A stretch of DNA of 64,000 bases, from IMG/VR virus record IMGVR_UViG_3300042887_005324, positions 110,042 to 174,041 of that record. One strand, given 5' to 3'. Positions 48,508-55,600 of the stretch are shown here, piece by piece. Numbering within the stretch: position 1 is the first letter of the stretch; each line of letters begins with the position of its first letter. The notes beneath the pieces are model-generated. The model was not told where the DNA came from. It was given only the letters and a program-made list of their open reading frames with translations, and made no database searches. Source of the DNA: a virus. The translations under genes and the position numbers were made by a program.

Positions 48508-49269
48508 ACTTAGTTTTAAGAAAAATGTTAGTGTATGATCGAGTGGTTTAATTGAACTATTTATTGAAGATGAATAGGTTTGATAGACCACTTGGTCATT
48601 CACACCAACAGAAACTCCTTTTTTTAACAGATATTCTAAACTGGTATTAAGCCTACCATTTATATTATCTTTGAAATCAATTATTTTCCCATTACTCTTT
48701 ACAGTATAGAGAGAAGGCTGAAAAAATCCAATTGATGAAAATTTAATACTGTTTTTCTTATATACAAATTTCAGTCTCGTTGAAGACCTTAAAGCAAAAT
48801 TGTTAAATTCGTCACCAAAGTTTGATAAAAGATATTCTGGCAAAAACAGTTGAGATAAATCAATTTCAAGATTAGAATTTTTAACTAGTTTATGTCCCAA
48901 TCCCAATCCTAAAGATCCTCTCAAATCTATTTTTCTCAAAAAAGATTGTTCAGACTCATTGAAAAATATGAGTCTCCATTCATTTAATCTTCTTGTATAA
49001 TTAATTGAATTATAAAATTCTCTTTCTCTTATTTTGTAGACTTGATTTGTATTTTGAACTTGTGAGTATTGAAAACTAGAATTAACTGAGAGTTGATTTT
49101 TTTTGTTTTCGGCTATAATTTCAGGCTTTATATTCAGTGAATAGAAGTTAAAGTTTCCAGCTGTATAATTACCACCAATATTTAAGTTTTTTTTAACTAC
49201 TAATGAATCTGTTTGTGATAATAAGCTAAGACTGAAAATTGTGAAAAGTAAACAAAATAGATTTTTCAT
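48502..49269 (-). CDS. outer-membrane beta-barrel protein (DUF481-like)
   Basis: Signal peptide MKNLFCLLFTIFSLSLLS|Q; GNYTAGN, alternating beta strands, GLGLGHKL, terminal beta strand. Confidence 0.65.
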   Translation of the reverse strand: MKNLFCLLFTIFSLSLLSQTDSLVVKKNLNIGGNYTAGNFNFYSLNIKPEIIAENKKNQLSVNSSFQYSQVQNTNQVYKIREREFYNSINYTRRLNEWRLIFFNESEQSFLRKIDLRGSLGLGLGHKLVKNSNLEIDLSQLFLPEYLLSNFGDEFNNFALRSSTRLKFVYKKNSIKFSSIGFFQPSLYTVKSNGKIIDFKDNINGRLNTSLEYLLKKGVSVGVNDQVVYQTYSSSINSSIKPLDHTLTFFLKLSL

Positions 49270-49302
49270 ATACAATATATATTAAACTTAAAAAAATAAA
49301 TT

Positions 49303-49632
49303 ATGAGTATGATTACATATGCTACTGAACTAAATTCAGATAATTTTAAGACCACAATTAGTAATAATGAACTAGTTGTTGTTGATATCTGGGCTAAATG
49401 GTGTGGTCCGTGCAAAATGATATCACCAATTATTGATGAAGTTGCGGCTGAATTCGGAGAAAAAGTATTAGTCGGGAAACTTGAAACTGATCCTAACAAA
49501 GAATTAGTTGGTGAATTAGGTGTTAGAAATATCCCAACAATTTTAATCTACAAAAATGGCGAAGTTGTTGATCGACTTGTTGGTATGAAAAATAAAGCTG
49601 ACATAACAGAAACAATAAACAAATACATCTAA
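49303..49632 (+). CDS. trxA: thioredoxin
   Basis: WAKWCGPCK active site, cis-Pro IPT. Confidence 0.95.
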   Translation: MSMITYATELNSDNFKTTISNNELVVVDIWAKWCGPCKMISPIIDEVAAEFGEKVLVGKLETDPNKELVGELGVRNIPTILIYKNGEVVDRLVGMKNKADITETINKYI

Positions 49633-49660
49633 AAAAAACCACTCAAATGAGTGGTTTTTT
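49633..49660 (+). terminator. intrinsic terminator
   Basis: AAAAACCACTCA-AA-TGAGTGGTTTTTT. Confidence 0.8.
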
Positions 49661-49685
49661 AATTTAATATCACTATATTTGTAGA

Positions 49686-50114
49686 ATGATTGTTAATAGA
49701 AAAGCGAGATTTGAATATCATATTCTCAAAGAATACACGGCTGGTATACAACTTTTAGGGTCTGAGGTTAAATCTCTACGGTCTTCTAATGCTAATATCT
49801 CAGAGTCTTATTGTTATATTTGGAATAATGAGATTTTCGTAAAAAATATGTTTATTTCAAAATACGAAGAATCATCTTGGTTGAATCATGATGAAAGAAG
49901 AGACAGAAAATTATTACTCAATAAGTCCGAAATAAGAGAGATTGTTAAATTGAATCAAGATAATGGTGTTACCATTATTCCACTTGAATTATTTATTGTT
50001 AATGGTAGATTCAAATTAAAAATTGGTGTAGCAAAAGGTAAGAAGAATTTTGACAAAAGGCAGTCTATAAAGGAAAGAGAAGTTAAAAGAGAGATTTCAA
50101 GAGACTATAAATAA
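49686..50114 (+). CDS. smpB: SsrA-binding protein SmpB
   Basis: NRKARFEY...AGIQLLGSEVKSLR...RKLLL...GKKNFDKRQSIKERE; TATATTTG at 49674, 4 nt before ATG. Confidence 0.95.
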   Translation: MIVNRKARFEYHILKEYTAGIQLLGSEVKSLRSSNANISESYCYIWNNEIFVKNMFISKYEESSWLNHDERRDRKLLLNKSEIREIVKLNQDNGVTIIPLELFIVNGRFKLKIGVAKGKKNFDKRQSIKEREVKREISRDYK

Positions 50115-50139
50115 ACTTTTTAGATTTTTTGACTATAAA
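50112..50139 (+). promoter_or_regulatory. putative phage-sigma promoter of ncRNA
   Basis: TAAACTTTT-13nt-TATAAA directly upstream of the structured RNA. Confidence 0.5.
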
Positions 50140-50144
50140 ATCAA

Positions 50145-50260
50145 CTTAATGTTCGAAAACCTGTGAACCACCTTATATTAAATATCATATAATATAATAT
50201 ATGAAGGGAGTTTTTAGATACAATGAACCTCTTAAATTTTTATTAAGAGGTTCATTTTTT
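50145..50260 (+). ncRNA. candidate 6S-like RNA (Flavobacteria 6S type) including its terminator
   Basis: Non-coding; nested pairings GUUC/GAAC, GAAAAC/GUUUUU, CCUU-AUAUUA/UAAUAU-AAGG with internal bubbles; own promoter and terminator; from memory resembles 6S-Flavo. Confidence 0.55.
50222..50260 (+). terminator. intrinsic terminator of ncRNA
   Basis: AATGAACCTCTTAA-loop-TTAAGAGGTTCATT followed by a T-tract. Confidence 0.8.
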
Positions 50261-50304
50261 AGACAGATAAAAATTTGATATATAAACAAAAAACCCGCTA
50301 AAAA

Positions 50305-50460
50305 ATGTCAAATGAAGAATTAATTGAAGAAATTCTTGTTAGTTCCTATAAATTAGGTATTGATAAAGATGTATTTGAACTATCAAGAAAGTATGAAAAA
50401 AATCTACCAAGAGTTGATGCTTTTCAAAAAGCTTTTTACGAAATAAAAAAAAATTTATAA
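50305..50460 (+). CDS. hypothetical 51-aa protein (not in ORF track)
   Basis: MSNEELIEEILVSSYKLGIDKDVFELSRKYEKNLPRVDAFQKAFYEIKKNL; abuts the next ATG. Confidence 0.6.
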   Translation: MSNEELIEEILVSSYKLGIDKDVFELSRKYEKNLPRVDAFQKAFYEIKKNL

Positions 50461-50461
50461 T

Positions 50462-50659
50462 ATGATTAGACCAATAAGTGAAAGAGATTATGTCGGACTT
50501 ACTTTAATAGAAGCTGATGTTCAAGCTAGTGCAGATGGATACGAAATTAGAGTAGTGGAAGAAGATGGTGTATCTAGAATGCTAGTCATGGATGCAAAAT
50601 CAAATCGTCTAAATCTTAGATTAAGAAACAATATTGTAACCGCTGCTTATACTGGATAA
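50462..50659 (+). CDS. serine protease inhibitor-like protein (potato inhibitor I / I78 fold)
   Basis: YVGLTLIEA...IRVV...G...LVMDAKSNRLNL...IVTAAYTG fits the VG...EA...RV...TMD.R..R..L.....V.....G pattern. Confidence 0.6.
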   Translation: MIRPISERDYVGLTLIEADVQASADGYEIRVVEEDGVSRMLVMDAKSNRLNLRLRNNIVTAAYTG

Positions 50660-50661
50660 AA

Positions 50662-51345
50662 ATGAAGACTAAATTTTTATTTCTATTTTTATTGTTGTCG
50701 AAAACAATACACTCTGGAAGTTCAAATAATAGTTGTCAGTATTTTAATTGTTACTACACTGGTATAGATATATCTCACTATCAAGGTGATATAAAGTGGT
50801 CAGAAATTGACTCTACATTAGATTTTGTGATAGTTAAAGCATCTGAAGGTGAAAGCTTAGTTGATTGTAAATTCGAAAAGAATTGGAATTCAATTAAATG
50901 TTTAAAAGGTGCCTATCATTTTTTTAGACCACAATATTCTGGTGAAAAACAAGCTAACTTATTTCTTAATGTAGTTAATTTTAAGCCAGGTGATATAAAA
51001 CCAATAATAGATGTTGAATATTCCCATTACTGGAAAGATACAATAAATATTAAAAAATATATTGATAACTTAGTTTGTTTTATCTCAGTAATCAAAGAAA
51101 GAACTGGTGTTATGCCAATTATTTACACTAATCCTCTTTTTTGGTCTAAGTACATAGAAAATCATTATCACTTTGATCACATACTTTGGGTAGCAGACTG
51201 GAGAGATAGAGAAGAACCCGAAATACCATCTAAATTTCATGATTGGACACTTTGGCAGTATTCTGATAAAGGAACCGTAAAAGGAATTAAAGGTCCAGTT
51301 GATTTAAACTACTGTAAAGATTTGGACACACTATTAATTAAATAA
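50662..51345 (+). CDS. GH25 muramidase (endolysin-like) with signal peptide
   Basis: GIDISHYQG, VKASEG, GAYHFF, DVE, WQYS...VDLN; hydrophobic N-terminus. Confidence 0.9.
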   Translation: MKTKFLFLFLLLSKTIHSGSSNNSCQYFNCYYTGIDISHYQGDIKWSEIDSTLDFVIVKASEGESLVDCKFEKNWNSIKCLKGAYHFFRPQYSGEKQANLFLNVVNFKPGDIKPIIDVEYSHYWKDTINIKKYIDNLVCFISVIKERTGVMPIIYTNPLFWSKYIENHYHFDHILWVADWRDREEPEIPSKFHDWTLWQYSDKGTVKGIKGPVDLNYCKDLDTLLIK

Positions 51346-51374
51346 AAAAACCTCTCAAATGAGAGGTTTTCTTT
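51345..51374. terminator. bidirectional intrinsic terminator
   Basis: AAAACCTCTCA-AA-TGAGAGGTTTT between convergent genes. Confidence 0.8.
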
Positions 51375-52003
51375 TAGTATGTTAGAGGTACTTTATACTT
51401 TAATTTCTTTTCTAAATCACCGATAGATAATTCTTGACAATATTTATCTGCATCTTTAGGTACATTTGCAAACCAAAGAGCATGTGTTACTTTTTTTGTA
51501 GATAGTGAGACTACAACTTTCCAACAATAATCTGGTACATAAACATTATTACCAATCTTTTTATTTGAAAATACACCACCACATATAACTAAAAGTGAGT
51601 CTGTTTGTGATTCTTGTCTGATTTGTGTTTCCCACTTCTTCCAGATTCCTCTATTTAGATTTGGGTATTGAGGTAAACAATTATAAAATCTGAATGTTTT
51701 CTCATCTTTGACACAATCAAAAGCAAAATCAGCAGCGTTTGCTAAGTGACCCATATCAAAACCACTACCAGCATAATCTTTATCAGTAGCCATAGGTATT
51801 TTTGTATCATTCTTAAACTTAAATCCAGCTCTACTACAATTACCACCACCTTTGTAAACTTTATAAGCTAAATAAACTGGTTCTTTAATATCAATATCAA
51901 AGTAAGACTTGTAAAAACCAGTATTGATTACTGTATCTATTCCTTGTGAAAAGGAAATTATGGATACAAAAATAGTAATTAAAAGTGAAATTATTTTTTT
52001 CAT
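51374..52003 (-). CDS. exported DNA/RNA non-specific endonuclease (NucA/EndA-like)
   Basis: Signal peptide ...IISFS|Q; DMGHL...TFRFYNCLPQ...LNRGIW..WE; VPDYCWKV. Confidence 0.88.
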   Translation of the reverse strand: MKKIISLLITIFVSIISFSQGIDTVINTGFYKSYFDIDIKEPVYLAYKVYKGGGNCSRAGFKFKNDTKIPMATDKDYAGSGFDMGHLANAADFAFDCVKDEKTFRFYNCLPQYPNLNRGIWKKWETQIRQESQTDSLLVICGGVFSNKKIGNNVYVPDYCWKVVVSLSTKKVTHALWFANVPKDADKYCQELSIGDLEKKLKYKVPLTY

Positions 52004-52386
52004 ATTCTTCTGTTGTTATTTATTGGCATATCAGAGACAACTTGAACTTGTATTCCGAAATTATGACCATCTACATCTAAATCTCGATATTCAGTATTAG
52101 AATAGTTGATATTATTATTATCAAAAGTTATTGATTTTGGCCCATATCTTCTTTGATGTTCTCTTGCTCTTTGAGATTCGATTTCTCTTTGTTGAGCTGC
52201 AAACATCTCATCTACCGTCATATTATTATACGGGTTATCTAGCTGTGGATTTGGTATTGGATTATTAAACTCAGTTTTATAACCATACTTAGCAAGAAGA
52301 TTTGCTGCTTCACTACTTGTAACTTCAGTTGATTTAGTATCAACTTGTTGTGGCTCGATTAGTCTTACTTCAGGTCTATTATACAT
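52000..52386 (-). CDS. hypothetical protein
   Basis: 128 aa ORF; TAATATATA 5 nt before ATG. Confidence 0.65.
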   Translation of the reverse strand: MYNRPEVRLIEPQQVDTKSTEVTSSEAANLLAKYGYKTEFNNPIPNPQLDNPYNNMTVDEMFAAQQREIESQRAREHQRRYGPKSITFDNNNINYSNTEYRDLDVDGHNFGIQVQVVSDMPINNNRRI

Positions 52387-52462
52387 AGAACTATATATTA
52401 AATAATTTTTTTATGTAAAATATCAAAACAAAGGATTATTTTTGTAATATATACACATACAT

Positions 52463-52534
52463 TGCGGGATAGAGCAGAGGTAGCTCGCCAGGCTCATAAC
52501 CTGGAGGTCATTGGTTCAAATCCAGTTCCCGCTA
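52463..52534 (+). tRNA. tRNA-Met(CAT), initiator (fMet)-like
   Basis: Cloverleaf: acceptor (T)GCGGGA/TCCCGC(T) with 1:72 mismatch, D stem GAGC/GCTC with A11:U24, anticodon arm CCAGG-CTCATAA-CCTGG, T loop TTCAAAT; CCA not encoded. Confidence 0.92.
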
Positions 52535-52542
52535 CAAGATAT

Positions 52543-52570
52543 AATCCAATCAAATTGATTGGATTTTTTC
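52543..52570. terminator. intrinsic terminator after tRNA / fibre gene
   Basis: AATCCAATCAA-A-TTGATTGGATT followed by a T-tract. Confidence 0.7.
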
Positions 52571-52612
52571 TTTATTGATAGTTATTAGCAAAGCTGTAAA
52601 GTCTGGAGACAC

Positions 52613-55600
52613 TTAAATTTCAGGGAATTTTCTTTCAAATGGTTTATTAATTGTTAAATACTTTTCTAAAAATCCATATCCAGAAACACCGAGATCTGTG
52701 AGAGAACTTGGTTGACCCGTAATATAAGTAACATTCAAAGTGTCAGTCGCATCAAAATTATGTATACTTCTAGAAACTAAACTCACATTTGAAAGTGTAT
52801 CTGGAGAGGACAAAACCTCACCGAATCTCTCAGTATCAATATAAAATATACAATCATCTATCGTCACTTGCTCAGTAGAATTTCCATCCGGATCTCCAGA
52901 ATACAAAACATATGCCTGTGGTGCAGGATTACCTTCAACCTGATTCAGTAGGTAGACTGCTTGACTATTTCTAAGTTTAAGTCTGTTAGAATCAGTTGTC
53001 AAATTTTTATAGTAAAAGAATCCAATTAATCCAAAAGATTGTGGTCTTAAATTCATCAGAAACTGACAATTATCAAAAGTCAGATAAACCGAACCACTGC
53101 CATTATCAACATAAAAACCAGTATATTCAGTCTGACCACCATCTGATGTTATTTCATCATTAAAGTCAAAATAACAGTTTTTTGCAGATAGAGTTGCGAG
53201 TGTATTTTTACTACCAACTTGAAAGTAAAAACAACAAGTAGGACTGATAGCTGCTGAAATATTCTGATAGACAGATACATTTTCTAAATAAATACTTGAA
53301 CCAGATCCAGCTGATGAGAATCCTCTTCTGTCAACAAAAATAGAAGAGTTTGAGTCATCAGAAATAATCTTTAGTATAGAATTGTTTAAGATGAATGTAA
53401 AAGAACCACCTGTAAGTTTCAGATGGACATTTGGCTTTAAGTATATAGTCAAATTTTGATTAGTTAGAGTAGTCGTACCGAGTACATAGTCATAAGTCGG
53501 TGTTGAGGTTTCAAAAGAAGTACCTGGATAGACTTCAACTACAGAATTTGTAAAAGAAGAAGCAGTAGCAATCGCAGCATCAAGTGTTCTAAAAGGTAGA
53601 TTGATATTACCCACAACAGCAGTTGAGTTATCACCGTTAGGGTGAACATAAATAATATTTCTATAAAGAAAAGATGAGCCTCCAGCACCAGCAGGACCTT
53701 GTGGACCAGTAGGTCCTTGAGTGCCTGAACCAGTTCCGCCTCCAGCAGGTCCTTGAACACCTTGTGGACCAGTTGGACCCTGTGTTCCATTACTTCCATT
53801 TGAACCTTGTGGTCCAGTTACACCCTGTGGACCAGTTGTACCCTGTGTTCCATTAGTTCCATTCGAACCTTGAGGACCAGTCGCACCTTGTGTACCACTT
53901 GTTCCTGACGGACCAGTTGGTCCTTGTGGACCTTGAAATCCTTGATCCCCTTGAGGTCCAGTTGGTCCTTGATTACCTTGATTACCTTGAAATCCTTGTG
54001 GACCAGTTGGTCCTTGACTTCCAAGTGTAGACCAAGTGGTTCCATCAAAATAACTAAATCCAATTAAGTCAGTATCATAAACAAGTAAGCCAGATGTTGG
54101 TAAAGATATTAAATACTTTTGACTGGATGTCATTCTTGGAACTAAGAATCCTTTTGTAGTTGATTCTAAAGTTAAAATTGAGCTAGTTGGACCACTAGAA
54201 GTTCCAACTACAATGTTTCCTATAGAATTAATTCGTGCTCTTTCTAAAGGTGTACCAAGTGGATTACCGGTTCTGAAAATTATATCTTTTAGATTTGTAG
54301 CTGGACTAGTATCTCGTGTTTGTATGTAAAGGTGGTCATCTGTATTTGGATAAATTACAAATGCTTGTAAAGTTGGAGTTATAACTGAATTATTAACGAC
54401 TGCAGTTCCATTTACAGTAAGTGCAAAACCTGGTAAAGGATCACCTATACCAACTCTACCATCTGCAGTAACAATAAAAGGTGTTGAATCTGGATTAGCG
54501 GAGTCTTCAACAACTAAAGCACTCCCTGTCCCAGTTTGTGTAACTCTAAGCATATGTGCTGAACTACTACCTGAGACAATTAAGCCAGATACAGAAGAGT
54601 TATTATTTAATACTTCTAATTTTGATGAAGGCGAATTTGTACCAACTCCTAAACGACTATTAGTTTGATCCCAGTACAAATTAGGACTCTCTTGGACAAC
54701 ATTACCTACTCCTTCAAAGACTATCTGACCTGATGTGCCATTCAGAATTGAAGTTGAACCAACTGTTAAACTATTTGGACCAGTCGCTCCTTGACTACCA
54801 GTTGGACCAACTTGAGTATACATTATCTGTTGAGCAGTTAATATAACTGACGGTACTGCTGGTCTTACTGGGTTCGACTGTGTACCAGTAGACAAAATTG
54901 AAATACTAGTATCAGCTGAACTCCAATATAATTCAACATAGTCATTCGAGTTTAATGTATAGATAAAGTTCCAAGATACTACCTGATCTGTGTTTCCAGA
55001 AATAGAAAACTCAGTATTGGAAGCTGTTGTCGATTGTCCGTTTTTGGCAAACCAAACACTAATTAGTTCAGCATTAGCTGTGCTCTTTGTAAATACTGTT
55101 GAAAATTGAATATTGTAGGTTCCAGAATGGGCAAAAGTTAGTTTTGTACCATCAACTATTGAAACGCCGTTTGATTCATAAGTATATGATAAAATCATTG
55201 GTCTCGCGATACTCGCAGTTGGATTTAACTGATTAGACAAATCATAGAATGATCCATAATAACCCAAAGCCCCACCAGCTCCTGTTGGTCCAACAGGACC
55301 AGTTGCCCCACTTCCACCACCAACTATAGTTGTTTGATAAAAAACATCTCCTGAATCATTAACAACCATATATTTGGTCGCACCAGATGTAAGTCCAATA
55401 TTATTTATATGCAAGTTAGATAGCCAGGTATTACCATCACCTCTCACATAGAATGTGTTTGATGCTGATCCATTCTGCACAATTAGAACATTATCACTAT
55501 CTGAAGTAGAACCTCTTCTAAATACAACGCCGTCATTCGTTGAATTAGTTAGAATTTCTGGATCACCAGAGTTATTATAAGCTTGTTGTAAAGTAGTTGT

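Noticed and set aside
50115-50304. tmRNA next to smpB
   Set aside because: Too short (under 200 nt), with no tRNA-Ala-like ends or tag ORF; better explained as a 6S-like RNA
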